Shown here: one piece after another, positions 30,360 through 40,093 of the stretch | How the letters are laid out: every line of letters begins with the position of its first letter | Numbering within the stretch: the stretch's first letter is position 1 | From: Candidatus Altimarinota bacterium | Lineage (GTDB): Bacteria > Patescibacteriota > Gracilibacteria > UBA1369 > GCA-2718715 | Reading direction: 5' to 3' | NCBI GenBank assembly: GCA_041242255.1 | Contig: JBESAV010000001.1 | Span: 192,001-256,000 of the forward strand | Length of the DNA: 64,000 bases | Position numbers and translations under genes: made by a program | The notes under the pieces: generated by a model | Seen by the model: the letters and a program-made list of their open reading frames with translations, nothing else | Database searches by the model: none | Told to the model about the DNA's origin: nothing

Positions 30360-31710
30360 ACTTAACAATAAAACAGCCCAAAAAGGACCTGTTTTGTATT
30401 GGATGGATAGAGATCGCCGAGCCCACGATAATTGGGCCTTAGTAGCTGCCATAAACACAGCTAAAGAGTATCAAGAAAGTCTCCATGTGCTTTATGTTAT
30501 TCCAGATGAATTCCTAAACGCTAATACCAGAACATACACCTTCATGTTAGATGGCTTAAAAGAGACCGCCGAAACCCTAATAGATAGAAATATACACTTT
30601 CATCTTATCCTTGGAGAACCAACAGAAAAAATACCTGAGTTCATTAAAGATCACCAAATTAAGAACCTATTTACAGATTTTACACCACTAAGGTTGCCAA
30701 GATCTTGGCGAGATAAACTTTCCAAAGACTTAGACATAGCCTTTTTTGAAGTTGATACCAGAAACATTATCCCATGTTGGGTAACCTCAGAAAAAGAAGA
30801 GTATGCTGCTAGAACAATTCGTCCCAAAATACATAAACTCATCGATGACTATTTAGATCCGCTACCAAATCTAATGACATATGATTATAACTCCAACGTA
30901 TCTACAGAAATATTCAAAACTCAAGAAATATTAGAAAAACTCCCGCTTCAAGAGATACCAGTTGTAGAGAGTATAACTCCAGGGGAAAAAGCAGCAAAAA
31001 GACGCCTTCGATACTTTTTAGACAATCAAGTTAAAGATTATGATGACCTCCGAAATGATCCAAATGAAGACGTACTATCAGATCTATCCCCCTATCTTCA
31101 TTACGGTCAAATCTCAAGCCAATACATAACTCAAAAAGCCAGAGAGCATAAAGCAATTCATCCACACCTAGAAAACACAATAGACGCCTTTATAGAGGAG
31201 CTAGTAGTTCGTCGTGAGCTTACAGACAATTATTGCTTCTACAATCCAAATTACGACAATTTTAAAGGTTTCAAAGAGTGGGCACAAAAAACTCTCAACG
31301 ATCATCGAGATGATAAAAGAGATTATATTTATACATACGAACAATTTGAAAAAGCAGAGACTCACGATGAGTTATGGAACGCTGCACAGATTCAAATGCT
31401 AAGAGAGGGTAAAATGCATGGGTATATGAGGATGTATTGGTGTAAAAAGATCCTAGAGTGGACAGAGAGCCCAGAAAAAGCTCAGGAAATAGCTATTAAA
31501 CTAAACGATACCTATGAACTAGATGGGCGTGATCCAAATGGTTATGTTGGAGTTGCTTGGTCAATCGGAGGTGTTCACGATCGAGCTTGGACAGAAAGAG
31601 AAGTGTACGGAAAAATACGCTACATGAATTACAACGGAGCAAAAAGAAAGTTTGATGTAAAAGCCTACTCGGAAAAGTATGGCAAATACGAAAAGCAAAA
31701 ACTAATATAA
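30337..31710 (+). CDS. phr: Class II CPD DNA photolyase
   Basis: 'VLYWM.RD.R..DNWAL', 'SDLSPYLHYGQIS', 'GKMHGYMRMYWCKKILEW', 'DGRDPNGY', 'GVHDRAW'; start refined to ATG 30337. Confidence 0.93.
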   Translation: MKKERIRKLNNKTAQKGPVLYWMDRDRRAHDNWALVAAINTAKEYQESLHVLYVIPDEFLNANTRTYTFMLDGLKETAETLIDRNIHFHLILGEPTEKIPEFIKDHQIKNLFTDFTPLRLPRSWRDKLSKDLDIAFFEVDTRNIIPCWVTSEKEEYAARTIRPKIHKLIDDYLDPLPNLMTYDYNSNVSTEIFKTQEILEKLPLQEIPVVESITPGEKAAKRRLRYFLDNQVKDYDDLRNDPNEDVLSDLSPYLHYGQISSQYITQKAREHKAIHPHLENTIDAFIEELVVRRELTDNYCFYNPNYDNFKGFKEWAQKTLNDHRDDKRDYIYTYEQFEKAETHDELWNAAQIQMLREGKMHGYMRMYWCKKILEWTESPEKAQEIAIKLNDTYELDGRDPNGYVGVAWSIGGVHDRAWTEREVYGKIRYMNYNGAKRKFDVKAYSEKYGKYEKQKLI

Positions 31711-31742
31711 AAAGCCAGTAGTAAAACTACCGGCTTTTTTTT
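31709..31742. terminator. Bidirectional terminator
   Basis: aaaagcc-agtag...ctac-cggctttttt between convergent genes. Confidence 0.7.
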
Positions 31743-31756
31743 ATCTTTCAGCTTAA

Positions 31757-32074
31757 TTAGCTGTTAGCTTCCACAGACATTTCAGCTTCAGCATCCATCA
31801 TAGAGTCATCATCCATAGATTCGTCTTCCATTTCACCTTCCATAGAATCATCATCCATAGATTCTTCTTCGTCCATCATAGAGTCTTCGTCCATAGATTC
31901 GTCTTCCATTTCACCTTCCATAGAATCATCATCCATAGATTCTTCTCCGTCCATCATAGACTCATCGTCCATAACTTCTTCTCCGTCTACAACTGGAGCT
32001 TCTTCAGCAGGTGTACATCCAGTTAGTGCAACTAGACCTACAAGCATAAGAGCAGCAAGTAATCTTTTACTCAT
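31757..32074 (-). CDS. Acidic, Met-rich repeat lipoprotein
   Basis: Lipobox LTGC after hydrophobic signal; body almost only D/E/S/M; start refined to 32074. Confidence 0.75.
   Translation of the reverse strand: MSKRLLAALMLVGLVALTGCTPAEEAPVVDGEEVMDDESMMDGEESMDDDSMEGEMEDESMDEDSMMDEEESMDDDSMEGEMEDESMDDDSMMDAEAEMSVEANS
31790..31972 (-). repeat. Coding tandem repeat, ~78-bp (26-aa) unit, about 2.3 copies
   Basis: EESMDDDSMEGEMEDESMD(E/D)DSMMD occurs twice; near-identical DNA 'ccatagattcgtcttccatttcaccttccatagaatcatcatccatagattc'. Confidence 0.85.
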
Positions 32075-32171
32075 TTTTAATTTGGTTAAATTTATTTTTT
32101 TAATAACTAGATTAGTCATCTCTAGCAAGCTCTATTATTGTATAAACAGCTGATAAATCAACTTTTATTGG

Positions 32172-32729
32172 TTATACTCTCTCGACATACTCGCCAGATT
32201 CTGTGTTAACTCTAATTGAATCTCCCTTCTTTATAAACAATGGTACCTGTAAAACATACCCAGTATTCATAGTTGCTGGTTTACTTCCTCCAGCTGCAGT
32301 ATCCCCTTTTACTCCCGGTTCTGTGTATTCTACAGTCAGCTCAACCTTTGGAGGAAGCATTACTCCAATTGGCTTATCTTCGAATGTTAAGACATCAACC
32401 TCAGTATCATCTACTAAAAAGTTAACCTGATCTTCTAAGTCCTCGGCTGTAAAACTAAATTGTACAAAAGTTTCATTATCCATAAAGTGGTAAGATTCAC
32501 CATCATTATAAAGGTACTGAGCTTTTTTATAACCAGTATCTGCCGGGGCAATCTTATCATTTCCTTGAAAAGTCTTAGGAATAATAACTCCAGTTATCAA
32601 ATTTTTAAGTTTAGTTCTACAAACACCCCCAGCTCTTGCTTTTTTTGAGTGTTGTGCGTAGGTTATCAAATACGGTTCATCATCCAGTATTATCGCTTTA
32701 CCTACTCTTAATTCACCTATTGAGTACAT
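32172..32729 (-). CDS. efp: Elongation factor P
   Basis: 'YLYNDG', 'TEPGVKGDT', 'KPA', 'VPLFI...GD', 'GEYVER'. Confidence 0.95.
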   Translation of the reverse strand: MYSIGELRVGKAIILDDEPYLITYAQHSKKARAGGVCRTKLKNLITGVIIPKTFQGNDKIAPADTGYKKAQYLYNDGESYHFMDNETFVQFSFTAEDLEDQVNFLVDDTEVDVLTFEDKPIGVMLPPKVELTVEYTEPGVKGDTAAGGSKPATMNTGYVLQVPLFIKKGDSIRVNTESGEYVERV

Positions 32730-32793
32730 AAATAAAGTTTAAATTTCTTTAATACACAGGCATCATAATAATAACCCCAATTTAAAGCAAACA

Positions 32794-34641
32794 ATGTCCT
32801 CAAAAATCCTTCAACTAAAACAAATACTCAAAACTCCCAATAACCAACTACTCATATTGTTATTTTTACTAAATCTAACAGTAGTTTTTGGTATAGGGTT
32901 TAAAAATAGCGTAATTTCTTCAGTACTAATTCTAGTTTTTCTTCTTTCTCATAATCAAAAGTTTGAGTATAAAAAAGCCTTACCGTCATACTTACTGGTT
33001 GGTTTTCTAACAACCTTTATAATCAGCTTATTTTTCAGACAAACTCCATATGGATTCTTAGAGTTTTCCACTCTCGGATTAGGAGCACTCTTGTCTCTAT
33101 CTTTATCAAACTTTCAATTAATCACCAAAAAACTAACTAGCTTTTTATCGAATCTAACAGCACTTATCTCTATATATGCTACGACTACACTAGTTTTGCA
33201 AAGTCACGATAGAACTTTTGGGTTATTCCATGGAGCAGAGCAATTCACTTATTACCCAAATGCATTTGCAGATTTATTAATAGTGAGCATAACTCTCTCT
33301 GTCATTCATCTATTTCAGTCAAAAGCCAACTTAAAATACAATAAGCTACCTATTCTAGTGCTGTTTATAAACCTTATTGCCTTTTGGCTAACTTTTTCTA
33401 GATCAGCTTATTTAAGTTTAGCAGTTGCACTATTTTTTGGCTTCTTTGTATTGTTATTCCAAAAGAAAGAAACATTAATAAGTCTTTTGAAGAAAGGTGC
33501 TATGCTTTTATTGGTTTCACTTTTTGCTCTTTCAGCTTCTATGGTAGTAAGCCTAAATTCTGAATACTCATCAGATTTTATAGATAGAGTTCAAACCTCT
33601 GATCCAAGCTCTATCCAGTCGGCAACAGAAAGACCAAATATCTGGTCTGGAGCTATCTCAATCTTCCAAGGTTACCCAATCTTCGGTTCTGGTGCAGGAA
33701 GCTTTGAATACATGTATCCTCAATACCAAAAAGAGCTTTTAGCTAAAGCTCCACATGCACACAATCTATTCCTAAAGATATTATCAGAAAATGGATTAAT
33801 CACCTTTATCCCTTTCTTGTTACTTCTACTGGCAGCCTTTCACCCCAAAAATCTCAAGACTAGTTTACCAGTTTACATAGCATTTCTATCTTTAAATATA
33901 CATTTTCTGTTCGATTACAATCTAGACTTTCCCCTACTTGCCTCACTTTACTTCATATTGCTAGGACAACTTCTATATGATCAATCAAACATAAAATTTC
34001 AAAAAGACAAACTCTTAAAAATCACTGGTTTCTTACTGACAATAATCTTTATAGTGGTAACCATCTTACAAGCCTACGGCTACTACTATATTAAAAAAAT
34101 CGAAACAAGTTCCAGCCCAACTCCAACTTACTTAACTTTGGCTCAAATAGCACCTTTTAAGCATCAACTATACTCGTTAGATCATTACCCAGTAAAAACC
34201 ACAAAGTACCCAAATTTCCACCCTCAAAAATTCCTTCAAATATCTACCAGTTCATTATCAGATGTAACAATTGAGGATTACGAAAGTCTTCTAAACCTTG
34301 ACCCAAAAAACAACCTTAAATACTACCTATCATTCCTAAAATACTTACAATCTAACGATTCAACTGTTCTCATACAAAAAGAACCAGAGATATATGATCT
34401 TATTCAAAACTATATCACGCTACTTAACGTAAACGCCCATAACACCGTTGCAACTCAACAGCCCCAATTTGCCTACCAAATCACTGAGCTATACATAAAC
34501 CAAAATACACAAAACAATTGGCAAGATTTACAAAATCAATTAGTTTCTATTTATCAAGCTGAAAAAAATAAATTTCAAACCAGATTCAACTATCCCCTAC
34601 CAGAAATAAATGACCCAATTCAAAACACTACAGCAAGTTAG
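32794..34641 (+). CDS. O-antigen ligase (Wzy_C) family membrane protein
   Basis: Multi-TM; 'YPNAFA', 'LTFSRSA', 'ERPNIW', 'PIFGSGAGSF', 'HAHNLFL'. Confidence 0.85.
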   Translation: MSSKILQLKQILKTPNNQLLILLFLLNLTVVFGIGFKNSVISSVLILVFLLSHNQKFEYKKALPSYLLVGFLTTFIISLFFRQTPYGFLEFSTLGLGALLSLSLSNFQLITKKLTSFLSNLTALISIYATTTLVLQSHDRTFGLFHGAEQFTYYPNAFADLLIVSITLSVIHLFQSKANLKYNKLPILVLFINLIAFWLTFSRSAYLSLAVALFFGFFVLLFQKKETLISLLKKGAMLLLVSLFALSASMVVSLNSEYSSDFIDRVQTSDPSSIQSATERPNIWSGAISIFQGYPIFGSGAGSFEYMYPQYQKELLAKAPHAHNLFLKILSENGLITFIPFLLLLLAAFHPKNLKTSLPVYIAFLSLNIHFLFDYNLDFPLLASLYFILLGQLLYDQSNIKFQKDKLLKITGFLLTIIFIVVTILQAYGYYYIKKIETSSSPTPTYLTLAQIAPFKHQLYSLDHYPVKTTKYPNFHPQKFLQISTSSLSDVTIEDYESLLNLDPKNNLKYYLSFLKYLQSNDSTVLIQKEPEIYDLIQNYITLLNVNAHNTVATQQPQFAYQITELYINQNTQNNWQDLQNQLVSIYQAEKNKFQTRFNYPLPEINDPIQNTTAS

Positions 34642-35182
34642 ACAAGAAATGCTCCGGTTACCTCAGGAAAATTTTTGGCCAGTCGGACCAGAATCAGGGC
34701 AATTTCTAAAAGAAAAAGTAAAAATAGTTAAACCAAGAAAAGTCCTAGAGCTAGGTACATCATCAGGGTACTCGACTACATGGTTAATCGAAGCTATCCA
34801 AGAACTTAAGCCTCAACAACCCACCAATTTAATCACTATAGAGTCAAACCAAGCTCGGTATGACCTAGCTCAAAAGTATTTTTCACAAATAGACCTATCA
34901 CATATAAAGTTAAATCAGATCAGGCATCATGCTCCAGAGGTATTTGAAGAGATTGATTTATCTAACCTTGATTTCATATTTTGTGATGCCATCAAAAAAC
35001 AAACCTTAGACTTGTATCAAACCTTAAGGCCAAATATGACCCCAGGGTCTTTGTTTATAGCTGATAACGTTATCTCACATAGAGATAGTATGTTAGATCT
35101 ATTCACATATCTTGAAGAAAACCAAATAGAACACAAGGTTCATGACATTGGTGCTGGGTTAATAGTCATCCCCTATCAGTAA
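34610..35182 (+). CDS. SAM-dependent O-methyltransferase
   Basis: 'VLELGTSSGYST', 'DFIFCDA', 'IADNV'. Confidence 0.85.
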   Translation: MTQFKTLQQVRQEMLRLPQENFWPVGPESGQFLKEKVKIVKPRKVLELGTSSGYSTTWLIEAIQELKPQQPTNLITIESNQARYDLAQKYFSQIDLSHIKLNQIRHHAPEVFEEIDLSNLDFIFCDAIKKQTLDLYQTLRPNMTPGSLFIADNVISHRDSMLDLFTYLEENQIEHKVHDIGAGLIVIPYQ

Positions 35183-36315
35183 GTCCATTCATAGAAGTAC
35201 TCTCCATCTACACTCCCTCCTATCGACCTAGTTGCATATTGTTCTAGCCATGGCCTGTATTCTTCTTCACCTAAGAAGTAAGGCTGGCTTGAGTTTGATC
35301 TTAGAGGCAGCAAGCGCACTCCAAGCCTATCTAACTCATACTTTCCACCTAAAAGGGCATATGGGTCAGCTGAGAACTTAAATTCACTATCAAAATCTTT
35401 AAACTCTAAAACAAGCTCAACCGCCAAGCCCTCTTGTGTATCTTGTGAAAAATACTGATCAAACACAAAATTACCTAAAGAATAAAAAATTGGCTTTCCT
35501 TTATAAACCTCCATCTCTTGTACCACATGAGGGTGATGTCCTATTACCAAGTCAGCACCTGCGTCAATTGCAGCCCTAGCAATTTCTTTCTGAATAGCAC
35601 TACTTGTAAGTATATATTCAGGGCCAAAGTGAAAGTTAGCAATATTCACTGCATTTGGCATAGCCTCAACCACTGAACTAACACTATCCTTCATAGCTTC
35701 TATATCAAAATTAGGGTTAGTCGCCTGATGATAACCCAAAAGGTTAATATCTACGCCGTCAGCATTAATAGTGTGAATATACTTATTATCATACTCTTGA
35801 GGGTGACCAAACCATTCAATCCCATTCTCAGATAAGATATTGGTCATCCCCATAAATCGATCACTTCCCTTATCGTATGTATGATTATTTGATAAGTTTA
35901 CAATTCCAATATTATGGCGATCAAAAGTACTCAAGACTTTCTCATCAAAAGAAAAGTTAGTCGTGTTATCAGGTGTTTGAACGTGTTCAGCACTCCTTAA
36001 GACTGGACCTTCCAAATTAATAATAACCTCATCCGCAAGATTTAATCTTCCAGATACACTTTCAAATGGATAATCAAGCCCATTTCGATTCATTAGTGTC
36101 TCCACATATCTTCCCAGCATAACATCACCTGTAAAAATGATATTAATATCTTTCCTATTTCGCTTCCAAACAGGAACATCCACTTCTACACTTGAGGCTG
36201 TAAGGTCATCTATTCTTGTACTATTTATATCTTCACTTATAACATCAGAAGAACCATAGCAGCCAGTCAGTAAAACGATACCAAGCATAGCCACTACAAT
36301 TCTTCCAATTTTCAT
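35176..36315 (-). CDS. CapA-family metallophosphoesterase lipoprotein
   Basis: LTGC lipobox; 'GDVMLGR', 'NLEGP', 'NNH.YD', 'GHHPHV', 'YSLGNF'. Confidence 0.88.
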   Translation of the reverse strand: MKIGRIVVAMLGIVLLTGCYGSSDVISEDINSTRIDDLTASSVEVDVPVWKRNRKDINIIFTGDVMLGRYVETLMNRNGLDYPFESVSGRLNLADEVIINLEGPVLRSAEHVQTPDNTTNFSFDEKVLSTFDRHNIGIVNLSNNHTYDKGSDRFMGMTNILSENGIEWFGHPQEYDNKYIHTINADGVDINLLGYHQATNPNFDIEAMKDSVSSVVEAMPNAVNIANFHFGPEYILTSSAIQKEIARAAIDAGADLVIGHHPHVVQEMEVYKGKPIFYSLGNFVFDQYFSQDTQEGLAVELVLEFKDFDSEFKFSADPYALLGGKYELDRLGVRLLPLRSNSSQPYFLGEEEYRPWLEQYATRSIGGSVDGEYFYEWTY

Positions 36316-36323
36316 ATAAAATA

Positions 36324-39281
36324 TTATTCAATAACTATCGAACCAGGACTTTGATCAAAATCAATAATTGGATCTACCCCACTAGTGATATCATCACTAA
36401 CCTGTTGGTCTTCATCGTTTGAATCTTCAGAGTTATTACCCCCACCAGTAGTGTCCAAGAAGTCAGACAATGAAGGTTTATTTTTACCTTCACCAACATA
36501 AACCTGGATACTATCTTCTTCTACATAACCATATTTATCGTAAAGCACTACTCGAATAGTCAACTCTCTTCCTTCAGGGAAAGCCGGAGATATTCTTACA
36601 TTACCATTGTAGCTTCCTCCTACAGATTCCTGGTAAGTATACTGAACACTGTCATTTAGGTAGTATTCAATTTTCTCAATTCCAGATGCAGCGCTTGCTG
36701 AAACCTCAACTGGCTGGGCTCCAGTTGGAACACCATCACCGTCGCTTAAGTTTGTAATTTCAATAGATCTAGATCTTTCATATAAACTTCTCTTACAATT
36801 ATCACTTAACTCATCAATAGGGAATCCTATCACTACATTCTCCCCTAGGTTCAATTCATTTCTACCAGCTTCATCAAGACCATTAAACCAAGCCAGAATT
36901 TCATTATGCCTTTGGCTTTGAATTCCTTCAGGTGAATACTTTTCAGATTCGGTATGCTTCCAGAAAGTAACTTCTTTTACATATAGTGTCGGACAGTATT
37001 GATTAGTAGATTTATTATTTCTGACATCAACTGTTGCCTTAAAATAAGAACTATCCACTGTAGTCGGTTCCGCGTTAGGCATAAAGAAGTCTTCAGCTGT
37101 CATGTTAGCTGGAGTGCTTGATGATGGAAGGTCTCCTGATAATTTACTAAACCTGTAACTCTGTATAGTTGCCGGCTTCTCAAATCCTACTACAGAATCA
37201 TCTTTAGTAGCTTCAACCATGAATGAATTCCAAATAGGCATTGCAGCTCCATAACCAGTCCCGTTAGCTGCGATTTCATCACCATTAGTGTTACCTACCC
37301 ATACAGCTGTCAGCTTTTGCTTTGTGTATCCAACAGTCCATAGGTCTGACGGGTTTCCGTTAGACTTAGTACTTGTACCAGTTTTTGTTGCAACAGGTCT
37401 GTTTCCAGGTAAAGCTTGTAAGTCTCCAAAGTTAACACTTTGGTCAGATAAAATATTATTTATCATAAACGCCTCTTCAGGGGTAATAACTTCCTCCGCG
37501 TTAGCAAGTAAGTTATTACGTTCAGTATTATCTTCTAGAACTTCTCCACTACTAGTTTCAACTTTCAGTATAGGGTTAATTTCCACAAGTTTACCTTCAT
37601 TTGGGAAAACTGAGTACGCTTGTACCAATTCGATCATAGGTATAGACGCTGAACCAAGAGCTAAAGAATCACCATAGTCATAATCTGGATCTAGTGAAGT
37701 TATACCCATCTTTTCAACATACTCAATAATCTGTTCTTGCCCTCCAGCTACTGTATACATTTTTAGCGCAGGAATGTTTCTAGATTGAGCTAATGCAGTT
37801 CTTATCGAGATTGGCCCCATAAACTTTCCATCAAAGTTATTTCTAAACTTACCTCCTACTGCTTTCATTGGGACATCAAATATAGTACTTCCAGGAGAAG
37901 GTAGTCCATTCGCAAATCCAGCAGAATAAACCAGTGGCTTCATTGTAGAACCAACTTGCTTTGGGCTAGTCGTAATATTGTTATAATCAGTCAGAACCCC
38001 ATCTTTTTGTGAGTTACCTACCATCGCTAGGACTTCACCAGTAGTTGGGTCAACAGTAAGTAGAGATGCATTATTAGCTGAGAATCTTGATTCGTAAGTA
38101 GCACTCCTTTCATTTACAATATTCTGAGCAGTGCTCTGTAGCCCACTATTAAGAGTTGTTGTTACTTTCAACCCTCCATTCTCAACTAAATCTTTACCAT
38201 ACTTTTCTTCTAGTAATCCTTTCACATACATTACAAAGTGATACGAGTCTTTCAAAGGTGGCGTATATTCATGAAATTCATAATTCATAGCTTGGGCAAC
38301 TGCCTCATCTTTTTCTTCTTCGGTTATAAAATTCAAGTTTTCCATTCTAACCAAAACACTATCAACTCTCCCGGGAATGTATAAAGTGCTTCCATCAGCT
38401 AGTGTGAACTCTTTTCCAAGCAACCCAATTGTGTATTCAGAATCTTCTAAGTCCCCTGCATCATCTATCTTTTCAGCCTCCTCAGGTGTAAACTCTACAT
38501 TTAAAGATGAATGTTTATTATCTCCATATGGAGAGTAAAAAGTCGGTGCATTTGGAAGACTCGCCAGAATTGCAGCTTCAACAGTACCTAATTCAGTAGT
38601 TTCTTTATTAAAGAAAATATTCGAAGCTTTTTGAATTCCATAGGCAGTACCACCATAAGGAACTCTATTCAAATACATTGTTATAATCTGGTCTTTATTA
38701 TAATGCTTTTCAAGTTGTACAGCTAATACCAGCTCTTGAAGTTTACGAGTATAAGTTCTTTGTGAGCTAAGAACCGCGTTTTTTATAAACTGTTGTGTGA
38801 TAGTAGATCCACCTCTTCTTTTACCTATACCAACCTCTGAAAGCACAGCTTTTACAAGAGCTGGCACATCAAAACCATTATGGCTATAAAACTTATCATC
38901 CTCGATAGCCACTGTTGCTAGTTTTACAACGTCAGGAATATTCTCACTCTTAACCACCTCTCTATCCTCTTCGGCATACACTGTATGTAGAACTTTACCA
39001 TCTCTATCGTATATAACAGTCGATTCCGTTCCAGTAATATTCTCTGCATCGCTAACATCTGGCAAAGTTAATGAGAAAATTACAGCAAAAAACACAATTA
39101 CTGCCACACCTATAGTCCCAATAGCAAAAGCGCTCAGGATAATTCTCTCTCTCAATGTTCTTGTGTGTAATTCTAATATCTCAATAAAGCTTTTCTTTCT
39201 TCGGCTTGATCTTGAAGGTTTCTTGTAGCTTCCTCCAAAATTACTTCTAATTTTATTGTTTCTTTTTTTTCTTCTGCCCAT
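36324..39281 (-). CDS. Class A penicillin-binding protein (transglycosylase/transpeptidase)
   Basis: 'AIEDDKF', 'GGSTITQQ', 'RKLQE'; STMK, SRN, KTG motifs; start refined to 39281. Confidence 0.93.
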   Translation of the reverse strand: MGRRKKRNNKIRSNFGGSYKKPSRSSRRKKSFIEILELHTRTLRERIILSAFAIGTIGVAVIVFFAVIFSLTLPDVSDAENITGTESTVIYDRDGKVLHTVYAEEDREVVKSENIPDVVKLATVAIEDDKFYSHNGFDVPALVKAVLSEVGIGKRRGGSTITQQFIKNAVLSSQRTYTRKLQELVLAVQLEKHYNKDQIITMYLNRVPYGGTAYGIQKASNIFFNKETTELGTVEAAILASLPNAPTFYSPYGDNKHSSLNVEFTPEEAEKIDDAGDLEDSEYTIGLLGKEFTLADGSTLYIPGRVDSVLVRMENLNFITEEEKDEAVAQAMNYEFHEYTPPLKDSYHFVMYVKGLLEEKYGKDLVENGGLKVTTTLNSGLQSTAQNIVNERSATYESRFSANNASLLTVDPTTGEVLAMVGNSQKDGVLTDYNNITTSPKQVGSTMKPLVYSAGFANGLPSPGSTIFDVPMKAVGGKFRNNFDGKFMGPISIRTALAQSRNIPALKMYTVAGGQEQIIEYVEKMGITSLDPDYDYGDSLALGSASIPMIELVQAYSVFPNEGKLVEINPILKVETSSGEVLEDNTERNNLLANAEEVITPEEAFMINNILSDQSVNFGDLQALPGNRPVATKTGTSTKSNGNPSDLWTVGYTKQKLTAVWVGNTNGDEIAANGTGYGAAMPIWNSFMVEATKDDSVVGFEKPATIQSYRFSKLSGDLPSSSTPANMTAEDFFMPNAEPTTVDSSYFKATVDVRNNKSTNQYCPTLYVKEVTFWKHTESEKYSPEGIQSQRHNEILAWFNGLDEAGRNELNLGENVVIGFPIDELSDNCKRSLYERSRSIEITNLSDGDGVPTGAQPVEVSASAASGIEKIEYYLNDSVQYTYQESVGGSYNGNVRISPAFPEGRELTIRVVLYDKYGYVEEDSIQVYVGEGKNKPSLSDFLDTTGGGNNSEDSNDEDQQVSDDITSGVDPIIDFDQSPGSIVIE

Positions 39282-39414
39282 ATAAAAATTTAAATCATTG
39301 GACGCGAAAATTTTACATAAATAAGCGAAAAATGCAAATTTCGCACCCTCTTCAGATATTGTCAATTGCCTCTATTTTGATATCATTACGCTACAAACTT
39401 TCAATGAAACCGTA

Positions 39415-40086
39415 ATGCAATCAATTTTATTCATTATATCAATACTTTGTTTTTTACTTTCTCTGTATGCTCAGCAGCGAGTAGGTAAGGTTATTCAAAA
39501 GAACCACAGTGCTGTCTCATCCTCTAGCCTAAGCGGAGCAGAGGTAGCCAGACAAATCCTAAATGCCAATAACATTGCAGGTGTACCAGTTAAACAAACC
39601 CCTGGAAATCTAACTGACAACTACAATCCTCTTTCCAAAGAGGTGTCTTTGTCTACTCATATATACTCCCGAAATAGTATTTCTGCGATTGCAGTGGCTG
39701 CTCATGAAGTAGGACACGCTATTCAACACAATCAAAGCTATCCTTTCTTAGTCATGAGAACAGCTCTATATCCACTTATGAGTTTCACCTCCAAAGCTTT
39801 CCCAGTTCTACTTATATTATCTTTGATTTTTCAGTTAACATCCTTATTTCAAGTAGCAATAGGCTTTTACGCAGTTTCGGTTTTCTTTGCGATAGTCACT
39901 CTGCCAGTTGAGTTTGATGCATCTAAAAGAGCCTTAGTTCAATTGCAACAATTAGATATAGTAACTGCATCAGAATTACCTCAAGTGAAAAAAGTCTTAA
40001 ACGCCGCTGCAATGACCTACGTTGCTGCTGCCTTAATATCTATAGTGGAATTATTAAGGTTTATAATGTATTTTAGATCCGAATAA
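39415..40086 (+). CDS. Membrane neutral zinc metallopeptidase (YugP-like)
   Basis: 'AVAAHEVGHAIQ', 'TLPVEFDAS.RA', 'AAAMTYVA'. Confidence 0.9.
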   Translation: MQSILFIISILCFLLSLYAQQRVGKVIQKNHSAVSSSSLSGAEVARQILNANNIAGVPVKQTPGNLTDNYNPLSKEVSLSTHIYSRNSISAIAVAAHEVGHAIQHNQSYPFLVMRTALYPLMSFTSKAFPVLLILSLIFQLTSLFQVAIGFYAVSVFFAIVTLPVEFDASKRALVQLQQLDIVTASELPQVKKVLNAAAMTYVAAALISIVELLRFIMYFRSE

Positions 40087-40093
40087 ACTACCT

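Noticed and set aside
35176-36315. Poly-gamma-glutamate capsule operon
   Set aside because: CapA-family gene is solitary; no capB or capC adjacent
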